Source: Octopus vulgaris
Taxonomy: Eukaryota
Length of the DNA stretch: 64,000 bases
NCBI GenBank assembly: GCA_951406725.2
Contig: OX597814.1
Coordinates: 80,042,001-80,106,000 of the forward strand
Reading direction: 5' to 3'
Shown: one piece after another, positions 28,746-40,404 of the stretch
Layout of the letters: every line of letters starts with the position of its first letter
Position numbering within the stretch: the stretch's first letter is position 1
Notes under the pieces: model-generated
What the model was told of the DNA's origin: nothing
Seen by the model: the letters and a program-made list of their open reading frames with translations, nothing else
The model's database searches: none
Position numbers and translations under genes: made by a program

Positions 28746-28968
28746 ATATGTGTGTGTTTGTCTGTATTTGTCCCCCACTGCTTGATAACCGGTGTTGGTG
28801 TGGTTCCATCCCCGTAACTTAGCGCTTCGGCAAAAGAAAACGATAGAAAAAGTACTAGGCTTAAAAGAAATAAGTCCTGGGATCGATTTGTTCGGCTAAA
28901 GCCCTTCAAGGTGGTAACCCAGCATGGCCGTAATTAAATGACTGAAACAAGTAGAAAATAAAAGATAA
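28530..28968 (+). mobile_element. SINE family A, full length, internal (TA)n(GA)n
   Basis: GGCGCAGGCGTGGCTATGTAGTAAG, GGGTTCAGTACC, CACCTTGGGCAAATGTC (resembles the CORE domain), tail GACTGAAACAAGTAGAAAATAAAAGA. Confidence 0.92.
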
Positions 28969-31476
28969 TAGAATAGTACTGAACTTTGAGAAGTAACGAT
29001 CCATTTGAGAAAAAGTAGAAACTTCCTTGTAATGACAATTAATTAGCTAACACGAATTAGCACAAATTCTAATTAACAACTCATATTCTTTTCTTTGTCT
29101 TTTGTTCTGGAAGCCGGTTGTTTGAGTGTTTTGTTTACTTGAGTGTTCCGGTTACTAGAGTACCGGATCAGAGAAAGTTTACAGTAGTATGTTTTTCGAA
29201 ACATTCAACCAATAGACTGGATTTTCTAAAGTTATACATAAAATTCAGTGCACCTAGATACTCTTCCTCATGGGACATCATTTAAGGGTCACTGTTTTGG
29301 TATAAAGGTGAGATATGATGTTTAGCATTAATGACGAAGTGAAGTAAACTTGTATTACCTAGTTCTCCTCGACCTCTCGAGAGTTTATTTCATGCTTAAT
29401 GGTTCGATGGTATGACACTCAAAACTGAATATTGTATAATACATAGCGCGTTGCTCTACTCTCTGGGTAATCTGCACTGCTCTTTTAAATAATTAAATAT
29501 TTTCAATTAGTGGAAGGAGTAACGTGAGAAATTCATTTCCACTGATGGAACATTGAGACATTGTAGCAAAACGTCTTAATTACCAATTAATTCATCTCCT
29601 TGTAATCAGAGCTAGAAATCTATTAATGATTATCCTTATTGACCAAACGCGTACATTCACACGTACATACGCATAAACACATGCACACGCATACGAACAT
29701 ACACACACGCACAAGCACAGATGCACGCACATTTGCATATATACATGAATACATATACGCAAGTACTGTAAATGATCTCTTCAGAGTATTTTATTCACCA
29801 GTTCTATTTATATGCAAATATGAAGGAAAAAACACACATATACATGCGTGTATATACACATACACACACATATATATATACATGTATATATGTACGTATA
29901 TATATATATGTATGTGTGTGTGTGTGTGTGTGTGTACATATATATATATATTAATGTATATATATACACCACACACGCACATACACACACACAATGTGTC
30001 TGCGTATGTGTGTATATGTATGGATAATAACAACAAAAACAACAGGCAAGTATATTTCCCAAGTGACTCCTATTCAGAACGAAGTAATTAGTGTCGGTTT
30101 TTCTTCCCTGAAAAAGAAGTAAGCCTTGCAGCTAAGATCTAGTGCTGATAATTTAAATTCCATGAGATATCAGCCACTATTATTCATTAAAGAAGTCACC
30201 CAATATAGTGTCTTTTAAATTAAATATTCAGACGTTGTAAAACACATGCCTTGGATCAGAGAATCTAACCGAAGCTGATAACGTGCCAATCTGTTATGAT
30301 TAGAAGAGCACTGACGCATTACTGGAAACTAGGTCTTTGTGTCACATTGTTGTAAAATTATGTCTTATTCCTCTGTTTACCTCCTTTCAATCACTGGTAG
30401 GATACGGAGAATAAAAACAATGTTCGTTTCAAACTAATGAAAGTAGCCTCTACACACATTTGCTCTACCTGTTAGAAATAGTATACAAAGCTCCACTCAG
30501 GATTAAAGAAGAACTTATGCGAGCAACATCAGCCATAGTTATTCTTAACACCATGGTTAGTCTTTGGGAGTTTTGCGTGCGAAATGTGAAAGTGGTAGCT
30601 AATATGCAGAACTTCCTGACTCTATAAATTTAAATTTCGTTGCTGCAGCTCTCGTTAGCTTTCTTCAGCATTGTTTTAAAAGAACCAGTTAAGAAGCACA
30701 TGGAAGATACGTTCGGGGTTCTCGGCTATGGTTTCTTACTTCAAGAAATCTGAGGCACCAATGTAACTGTATTAAAATCAGTCATGCTAAAATTGACAAA
30801 GACCAGACTCATTCCCACAAAAGTAACGGTAAATTTTTAGAGGTAGGGTCCACATATTTTTAATAATGAGTAAACGAAATAACTCGAACCTATTAAATTC
30901 TTCTTCCTTTGCTGTGTCTGTAAAGTTTAAAACCGATCAGCCCGCTTCATTTACAACTACCAGCTCTCCATACTCGGCCCAGGTGGCCTAGTTCTATCTG
31001 CTATGAGAAATCGACGCGGAGAGCAAAGTTGACCTCGGCGGGATTTGAACCTGAAATGTAACAGGCATTAAATATCAGAAAATATTTTTGCCGCACGATC
31101 TATCGTGCTTGTCAGTCAGCTGCAAATCGAAATTATGTGTTTCCAATTATTCTATCTTTGAATCCGCCTTTGCTCATACCAGTGAAACATTTTTTGCCGA
31201 ACATCCGTTTTCGTGTGTTTGAGTTGACATCAGCTTGATTCTATGTGGCATGCTTCAGCTAATGCCCAAGATTCTTCATATCTGCATAAGCAACTGGAGA
31301 GGTTTATTTGATGGATTTACCTTAGCTGATAAAAAGAATACCAAAACCACAGACAAACAAATCAAAAGAATGCAGTCTGTGCACAGCAGAGAGAATCACA
31401 TACACACACATTTGCACACACACATATAAATACATATACATATATATATATATGTATATATAAGCATGTGTGTGTG

Positions 31477-31524
<48 letters not shown>

Positions 31525-32014
31525 AATGGGGAAGAGACCTCATTTAATCCTGTACAACATATTGGTTTACTAAAACTAACACGACACTCACTTTACTCAA
31601 AATTATTCAATTTTACAAAAACTTTCGTTAGTACTTAAAGGGAAGGAAAGAATCCCTAACCTCCCACTATATACTTAATTGCTGCCAATAAAAATGTTGC
31701 ATTTAGTTGTTCATTTGCCTATTATTGTAAACAGATTTTAGAGTATCATAATAAAACACGTTAAATTTCTTCTGTAATGGTGGTGGTGGTAGCTACTAGT
31801 AAACAAGCCGCCAGAAGAATTTCTTATTTCCAGGAAAAGTCAAAAACAAAGAACGAAAAAGAATTTTGTTATTACCAATTTATTTGATTTCAAACAAGGC
31901 TCATACTAATTACTCTGAACTAATTTAATTTATTTTTAATCGCACATTTAAGTTTCATCTTCTACAATGATCTTCAGACTTGCTGATCATGCACATATAT
32001 ATATTCATAATCAA

Positions 32015-32094
<80 letters not shown>

Positions 32095-33209
32095 TTACTA
32101 TACAATCGTTATTTAGACATTTAACAATAAATTTTGATTTATCTAAATTTTGAAAAATATTCTGTCTAGAATATACTGCGTTCATGTATTCGTCCACTGA
32201 GCAAATCATTCTAAAGAAACCAAATCTTTCTTAAAAATGTGAAAATTAAAGCCTAGACTCTGCGGAAAACTAGTAATGGTGTGTCGGCACACACGAAAAC
32301 AAAAATAATAAAATTCGTGAAATAAAATAATTCCGTTTGCTGTTGGGAACAGTAACTTCAGACAGATTTCTTTTTTAAAAATAGTGCTTCTGTTACAAAA
32401 AAATATGGCGGGTTAATAATGCCGAAAGAAACTATTTTTGACAAAGTGAAACCTTAGGTTAATTACGTATTGCCTGATGTTTCCCTATGCCATACACGAT
32501 TTCAATTGCGTTCTTTGATAATATGCTTTCAAAATACAGAATAATAAATATTATAACAATATGTCAGTCAATTGATCAATGCAACTGCTCCGTTTCTCAT
32601 AACATTTTGCAACTGAACAGTATTTTTAGTTTCGTGACTGTCTACTTTTCTTAACCTAGACCAAAGTTTCATAAAAGTTCCTTCCTTTTATAATCACCAT
32701 GGCAGTTTTCGCTGATATGTATAGCTGGATAGTGAGCATTTGATGTTGTTGTACATTGATACGGTTAGTTTTTCTTCTTTAGGCAGAGAAAGATGGAGAG
32801 GGAGAGAGGTGGGGGAGAGAGAGTTTAATTGTCTGTTGAAAATTGTTCATTCCTTTTATGAATTTCGAATAGAAACATACTTAATTAACTTACGACAAGC
32901 ATTATACATGAAAACATGATAAATACTTGAGTATAAACTATAATAGGTGTTACATTAAGCGCAAATACAATTTTTAGAAATATTAGCATTATTTTCTTGG
33001 TGCCACCTTTAAAATCATTTCATAAATTGAATTCTCTTTCTGCCAATTTGGATTTCTAGTGTGTAGTAGGAAAAACAACACTATCTAGGACCCACATTGT
33101 TTTAAACAAGCAAAGGGAGACATTGACAAATGTAGTCCTAGACTTATCAACAAAAAGGCAAATTGGTCACGGCTGCAATATATATATACTCTAGGTCATC
33201 AACGATACT

Positions 33210-33382
33210 TTGGTTTCAAATTTTGACACAAAACCAGCAATTTCGGGGGAGGTGTCAAGTCGAATACTTCGACATCAGAGCTCAAGTGGTACTTATTTTA
33301 TCGACCCCGAAACGATGAAAGGTAGAACGAAATGCTGCTAAGCATTTTGTCCGGAGTGCTAATGATTCTGCCAGCTCGCCTC
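33210..33382 (-). mobile_element. SINE family B, degenerate
   Basis: GGTACTTATTTTATCGACCCCGAAACGATGAAAGG...CTGCCAGCTCGCC. Confidence 0.8.
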
Positions 33383-34174
33383 CTTTCCTTTCACGCTAGT
33401 AATAATTTAAGTAGTAAATCGTTATTTGCACAGCACATATTCTTAAATTATTCCGGCAGATTCGAATATAATTATTCTAATCCTCACAGAACAGCTCCTC
33501 TTTTACAATGACAGTGTGTTCATAAAACACTCAATTAGTGCAAGGGATTGTAGGACAACGGTGTTTTAATATGTTGTTTATCCCCAGCCAGAAGTACCCG
33601 GGCCAATGAATCAAACGAGAACTGATGGCCTTGTTTATAATTTCAGCAAACCATCTATTCTCTTACCGTGCTGATATATGCTAACCGATCACATGCCACA
33701 TCGCTATTTGCATGGTGAGGAACGAGAGTCGAAATGATAACTTCCATATATCTTTCTTAATATATTTCGGCAGATTCGAAGAGACAAACGTGCTAATCGC
33801 TGATGCATTTGTCACTGGCGAACACTTTCTCCTTTACGGCGAGTATGTGTTAATAACACACTTGATTCATTAGTGGAACAGATTCTGTGATATTAAATTT
33901 AAAAAAAGAAAAGAAAATAATAAATCAATTATATACAAAGAAAATTTTTAAAATATTTTGTATGTAATTGATCTAATGTATTATATTAGCAGATAAAATA
34001 TATGTATGTCATCAGTCATACAGCTACATCAATGCGTTGGTATTTTCTTTAGCTCCAAGTCAGTTCTTAACCACTAAATCCTCTGGTCGAAAAAATGTTA
34101 TCTTCAGCCATATTGCTTTTTTCGGTTATATGTTGAGCTACATTCAAATTGGTTACTAAAGTATTAGCATTATT

Positions 34175-34220
34175 GAGTGAGAGAGCAGTGCATGCCACCA
34201 AAGTGACACTGGGCTAAAAT
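34175..34220 (-). mobile_element. 3'-terminal 46-bp stub of the non-coding (AAT)n-targeting retroposon
   Basis: GAGTGAGAGAGCAGTGCATGCCACCAAAGTGACACTGGG matches 20737 onward; preceded by ATTATT. Confidence 0.8.
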
Positions 34221-35781
34221 TTGTCTGTATTTTGCGGGAACCGGATCTGTTCCTTATATAGTTTTTTTTCTCCATCTCAGTGTCATATTTTTCTGTCGTA
34301 TATAGTTATGACCACAACCTGAACAGGTTATAGCATAAATTAGATTCTCGGAAGCACAAGTGAAATCGGTTTTAATTGTGGATCTTTCCCCTTGTTTGAA
34401 TAGGAATTCAAGCAGTTTGGGGGCATGTTTCACATTTTTCAACCATTGGTTCCGTGGTTGTTGTGTAATCTTCGCATTTGTTAGAAGTCTTTTCAGAGAT
34501 TTTTGTTGCCTTTTGCATTTGATGAATTTATGTTTTCAGAATGTTGTTCATTTTTGGATCCCTAGTAAACATAGGTAGATCTTGAACAGTAGTGTTGTAT
34601 GCTTCATTCTTTCTAGGGATGAGAGTTGATATATACGGTAGTGTATTCAGATGAGGTGTAGTGTTACGTTTTGTTACCCCTGGTGTTTTAATGCCTAATT
34701 TCTTAGCACGCTTAATCCCATCGTCTATAAGTGAGGGTGGATATTGTCTTTCAGTTAGTGTTGTTCTGAGGCCTTGAAGACGTAGGTCCCGAGTATTTCT
34801 ATCAAGCACTATTGTACAAATCCTTTTTGCTAAATTAAAGGGGATATTTCTCTTGATGTGCTTCGGGTGGCATGAGCTAAACAGGAAACACTGCTTCGAG
34901 CTCGTTGGTTTATGATAAATGTCAGTTACAGTTTGGTTGTTGACTTTTTTTTATCATAATATCCAATAAAGGGATCTGTTCTTTGTTATATTCCATTGAA
35001 AATTGAATGTTAGGGTTTATATTATTTAGTATTGATTTAAATTCCTAAAGTTTATCAATAGTCTACTTCCAAATGACAAAGCAGTCATCCAGGTTTCTTT
35101 TCTAAGTTCTCTCTTATATAATGGAGAAATGGATATCCATATTTTTGTAGTGCCACTTCATATATGGTGAATTCAAATTATCTCATTATTAGGTTCGCAA
35201 GAATAGGAGCTGCTTTCGTTGCCACCGCAATTCCGCATTTTTGACGATAGTAGGTGCCATCAAATAGAAAATAATTGTTCTGAAGTATAAATTTTAAAGT
35301 TCAATCATAAATGCCTGGTTTATGCGTTCAGGAAGTACTTCAGGATACTTTTCCAACCAGAATTTTATTGCTTCTATTCCATGGCCATGTGGGATGTTAG
35401 TGTAAAGATAAATATCATCGAAGAAAACCAATAATGTCTCTTCGTTAGTTGTTTTAGTAGGTGCTCATGCATGTCTAGATCGTCTCTAATGAAACTTTTG
35501 ATGTATTTCAGCAAGGGCTTCCATGGAAAAAGCTTAACAGAAAAAGGAATAAATTCTATCCCGAACTTTAAAAGTAAACCTAGTCTTTCATACGGCCTAC
35601 CTAAATTACGCAAGAGCAAGATACTTAATGAAGCCTACAAACAATCACCAGGCAAATACATAAATATCCTAGCACCAGAGGACTTAAAGACCCATTATAG
35701 CTGGCACAGCCTGCGAAACCGACCACCTAAGCAATTTTCTATACATCCTACTGAAATTCTAGCTGAAATACATCAAACGTA
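34221..35781 (-). mobile_element. Penelope-like element (RT + GIY-YIG), decayed, with inverted 5' segment
   Basis: Minus: ILQNNYFLFDGTYYRQKCGIAVATKAAPILANL, LDDCFVIW, YPPSLIDDGIKRA, FTCASENLIYAITCSGCGHNYI. Plus 35521-35781: YGLPKLRK...RPIIAGTACET. Confidence 0.92.
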
Positions 35782-35837
35782 TCCTTCTTATATATATATA
35801 TATTTATATACATATATGTATATATATGTATACACAT

Positions 35838-35890
<53 letters not shown>

Positions 35891-35984
35891 CATACATACA
35901 TACATACATACATACATACATACATACATACATACATACATACATACATACATGCATATATATATATGTTTATGGTGCTGATTG

Positions 35985-36940
35985 CTTAACAGAACGCACA
36001 TGTCAGAAATGGTTTTAAAAATTCTCTTCTGGAGATTTTTCACTCAAAGATGACCAACGTTCTGGTCAGCATACTGAAGTTGATTATGACCAAACCAAAG
36101 CCATAATTGAATCTAATTGTCATATAACTGTGTGAGAGATTGCAGAGAGGTTAAATGTATCAGGGTTATATGGTGGATGTGACATCACTTCCTACCCAAG
36201 CTCCAGTAATTTTTCACGAGTTAGCAAAAGTGTGTGTGATCTAGCGTTGTCATGGTGGAACTGAAAATCACTTAAAATGTCTTGGACTCGTTAAGAAGCT
36301 CGATATTTAGGTTCCACATAAATTGAAAGAGATTCACTTAACACAATGAATCAATATTTGGGATATGTATCTCAAAGGCAATGCAATCAATCTCTTGTTT
36401 TTTAAACGAATCGTTATTCGTGATGAAAAATGGATTGTCTACAATAACATCGATCGAAAACGATCATGGTCCAAGCGTAATGAACCAACACAAACCACAT
36501 CGAAAGCTGAACTGCATCAAAGAAAGGTCATGCTGTCAATTTGGTAGTATTACAAAGGTGTTTTGCATTTTGAACTGCTTCCAAGTAATTCCAAGTAACC
36601 AAACAATCAATTCAAATGCTTACTGTCAACATCTAATGAAACTGGAGAAAGCAATCAAAGAAAAACGGCCAGAATTGGCAAATCGTAAAGGAATTGTGTT
36701 CCACCATGACAACGCTAGACCACACACATTTTTGCTTTGCTAACTCGTGAAAAATTACTGGAGCTTGGGTGGGAAATGATGGCACATCCACCATATAACC
36801 CTGACCTTGTACCGTCAGATTACCATTTATTTCGTAGTTTGCATCAATCATTAGGAAAAATATGTAATTGATTAAAGTTCATTCTTTGTATGAAAAAATC
36901 GACTTTTATTTCACATTAAAAAGCCGAAATTACTTTATTT
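35985..36940 (+). mobile_element. Decayed mariner (mellifera-like) with an inverted internal duplication
   Basis: RIVIRDEKWIVYNN, KVMLSIW, FHHDNARPH, HPPYNPDLVPSDYHLFRSL. Confidence 0.9.
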
Positions 36941-37054
36941 AAATATATATATGTATATATATGTAATTTAATTGTTCATTTTGAATTGATAAAAGGTGTT
37001 TTTTTCTAATTATATATATATGTATATATATGTATATTTATGTTTCTACACCCC

Positions 37055-37247
37055 TATCCACTTGACAACTGGTACTGGTGCCTTTACGTCCCCGTAACTT
37101 AGTGGTTCGAAATAAGACACCGATACAATTCGTACCAGGTTTTAAAAAAATAGGTCTTGGCATCAATTTGTTCGACTAAAACATTTCGAGGCGGTGGCCC
37201 AGCATCGCTACAGTCTAATGAATGAAACAAATATAAGATAAAAGATA
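37055..37247 (+). mobile_element. SINE family A 3' half
   Basis: CTTGACAACTGG...ACGTCCCCGTAACTTAG...GAAACAAATATAAGATAAAAGA. Confidence 0.85.
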
Positions 37248-37524
37248 AAAAAATATTTTTTTCCTGTATGGTACTGGAATGTTCAATCCAGTTCTTCATG
37301 ATTCTTATCTACTTAAATAAATAATCGGTCGATGCAAGGTAAGCTGAAACGTTCAACATTATATTTCATAAGATTACATTTAACTTCCGTCAACTCTGCT
37401 GAAATATAAAATTGTTTTAAATTGACCAACATGGTAATATAAATTTTGCTTTCATTTTATGTGAATATTGTTTTATTACTTAACTTTCATGTTTACTATA
37501 TACATGCTTACATACATGCACACT

Positions 37525-37576
<52 letters not shown>

Positions 37577-38744
37577 GATATAGACATGTATGTAAATATG
37601 TATCTGTGTACTTGTGTGTATATACATTGACAGACATATATATATTATATATAGTATATATATGTTATATATATATATATACTTATATATATAAATATGT
37701 TTATGTGTGTGTTTGGGTATTTGTCACATAGTAAAGTTTAATGTGCTTTTCACTTAGTTATAATTGGAAATTGAAACTATCGATATAAAAGAAAAACAGC
37801 CATACAATGAAAATAAAAGGCTAATAGATATGATGGATTTGGTTGGTATTCCAGCATATCCAAGTCGAACTAAATAGGTGTATCTAGTCAGATGAAAGTA
37901 AGTATAATGTTTATCATATCTGTTCATCTTTTTATTGGTCTATGAAATTAATTTTTATGGAAATTTTAACTTAGCATGTGTATCATCAATTTCAAACAGT
38001 GAAACATAGTTGTACTTGGATTCTGTTTGATGTATAACGGTATACATGGAGTGTAATTGCTTTATAGCTTTTTATGATTCTGTATTAGATACATAGTAAT
38101 ATAAGCACAATGTTACAACCACAATATATTCAATCGTGGACGCTTACTAGTAAATATATGTATTGTACATGTTCAGTTAGGATCATAATCTGCAGTATAT
38201 ATTATATAGCAAATGAATGCGGAGTTTTCTTAGAGAATTTATATAATTTCAGATTTATGTTTATTCACAGCCATAAACCACCTGAAGCAAATAAAAATAA
38301 TATTTTCAGATACATGCACTTCATCTATGCATTAATGTGTTTAGTCATCATGGCCTATTTATATAATACTTCTACTAGATGATTTATCCTATTTTCTTCC
38401 ACCTAGTCTCTTCTTAGTATAAATTTACATTTATATTCTTGAATGTAATTCTGAATGTTTATCACGGAACCCTGCCACGCTTGTGCCCTTATGGCTGTGC
38501 AATTTAATTTCAAACGTTGCACATATTTTGTAAACGATAAACTGCATCGTTTCTAAGATCATAGTACTTATTCGCGATAAATAAGACTGACATCTCTGTA
38601 TTATAGATAAAATATTATTTATAGCTCTAGTTTCTTGAAAGGAATATAGTCGCGCTTCAGAATTGAAATCAAACTTTCATAAATTCCTTCGTTTTCTCTA
38701 CTTTTATTTCCATTTATTAATACAATATTTTTATTTGTCACTTT

Positions 38745-38905
38745 TTTCAATCATCGGATTGCGAAAATATTGACGGCACCGCTTTGAAGGTTTTAACAAG
38801 ATAAATGTGCTCCAGCGCTTATTCTATCAGTCTCTTTTGCCGAACCGCTATGTTAAGGGGACTTGAGCAAGCCAAAACCGGTTGCAAAACACAATAGCAC
38901 ACACA
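38745..38905 (-). mobile_element. SINE family A 3' half, degenerate
   Basis: TTATTCTATCAGTCTCTTTTGCCGAACCGCTA. Confidence 0.75.
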
Positions 38906-39049
38906 AGTGTGTATACATACATACATACATACATGCATACATGCATACATACATGCATACATACATACATACATGCATACATACATACATACATACATAC
39001 ATACATACATACACATATATGTATTTATATATATGTGCGTGCGTGTGTG

Positions 39050-39770
39050 TATGCCCAGTGGACGGCCGATGTAACAGCAAGGCTTGTATACCAAGCAAAG
39101 GTAGCCTCAAACAAAAGCAGCACAAATAACAGCAACATCAATGCCAACACAGGGGCACTCACTAAAATTTATGTCGGACCAGGCGAAACCAATTTTAAAA
39201 TTTGCCTGAACAACCTCAGATCTTCTTTCAGGGTGCCGGAGAGATGCAACACAACGACAATTACAGCATACGTATAGCGCCAAAAGGACGATCATACGCC
39301 CTTTCACATCAGGTGGAAATTACTAGAAACTTGTAGACCCTATCGCAAGGGAACAAGACAGTGTAAATTGTTTATGGCAGAAATATATATAAGTCTTATG
39401 TGCTCAAATGAACCAGGAGGCTACCTGAACTCCAGGATGGAAGCCGTACAGAGTTTTCCACATTTTCGGAAATTTTTACTTCAAAATTGGAAAACCTAGT
39501 TATCAAGCGAAGAAAGACAACTCACTCGGCCATAATTTTTTTACGAGGAATATTTCTCCAAATATCACTGGCGCTCTTGTGTTTTTAAAACACATTCTTT
39601 GAAGAGAACAGGCTAGATATCGTTCAGGCTAGATATGAAATAGGTATTTCTCTAAAATTGTACATTTTACACAAACAAATATATATATATATATTTTTTT
39701 AAATATACTGCCCACGCTTCCTGATGAATTCCTTTTCTGTAGAGAAAGGGACTTCATCCTATATTGTTAG
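39050..39770 (+). mobile_element. Penelope-like (Neptune-type) GIY-YIG C-terminus and 3' region
   Basis: CPVDGRC / LVYQAKV...KIYVGPGETNFK...SSFR...IRWKLLE...YRKGTRQCKL...LNSRME...FRKFLL; stop near 39499. Confidence 0.85.
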
Positions 39771-39772
39771 TA

Positions 39773-39819
<47 letters not shown>

Positions 39820-40043
39820 ATGAAGAAAAATTCAACCTATATTAGTAGTAGACTTATTACTACTCGCTATAGAGACTGGTAACCACTATAATCTGTAGTG
39901 GCGAGCAGTCAACACGTTGTTCTGAGGCTGACAAAAGAATTTTTATTTTTAAATATAAATGGGGTACTTAAGAGTACTCATGTTTTTTGCTTCGGCTTTT
40001 TCCATGGGCGCATGCAAGTATCTTATTTATATTCTCTCGTAAG

Positions 40044-40103
40044 CTCTACTGAAGACGAATAAATCTTTTATGAGATTAATTCCGAAATTGATTCAATATA
40101 GAG
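40044..40103 (+). ncRNA. Type I hammerhead ribozyme in a ~415-bp insert between (TA)n tracts
   Basis: CUCUA-CUGAAGA-CGAAUAAAUCUU..GAGAUUAAUUCC-GAAA-UUGAUUCAA-UA-UAGAG; perfect 5-bp stem I, about 10-bp stem II with a C-C mismatch at 10.1-11.1. Confidence 0.8.
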
Positions 40104-40233
40104 ATAACGAAATTTAAATATTCTAACGATTAGCCTGCCCGACTTCAGTTCAATTTTTCCGTAGCGAGTAGATTATATGTGGAAAATCAGCATATTGGCT
40201 TTGAAATAATTTTCTTTAGCCCTTTCTTATAAG

Positions 40234-40274
<41 letters not shown>

Positions 40275-40361
40275 TAAAGGGTGAAATATAATTAATTTAA
40301 TAAAATCAACAAATTTCACCAAGTAGTATTTCGGTATGGAAAAGGACCATATTCGGTAAAA

Positions 40362-40400
<39 letters not shown>

Positions 40401-40404
<4 letters not shown>

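Noticed and set aside
30622-30672. Hammerhead-like CUGAAGA...GAAA-UUUAAA-UU on minus strand
   Set aside because: Stem II does not close next to the core and stem I is weak; likely chance.
30680-30730. Harbinger-like motif KHMEDTFGVL
   Set aside because: Too short, with no supporting motifs nearby.
31945-31980. CUGAAGA...GAAA on minus strand
   Set aside because: No UH site and no stem I pairing.
33445-33880. Weak direct similarity between about 33450 and 33765 (CGGCAGATTCGAA)
   Set aside because: Only short patches match; at most an old duplication.
39595-39650. UUGAAGA-GAAC...GUUC...GAAA as a hammerhead
   Set aside because: Interrupted by a 12-bp duplication and no stem I.
40271-40362. 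Hairpin plus GAAA in a 90-bp insert between TA tracts
   Set aside because: No 7-nt catalytic core can be assigned.
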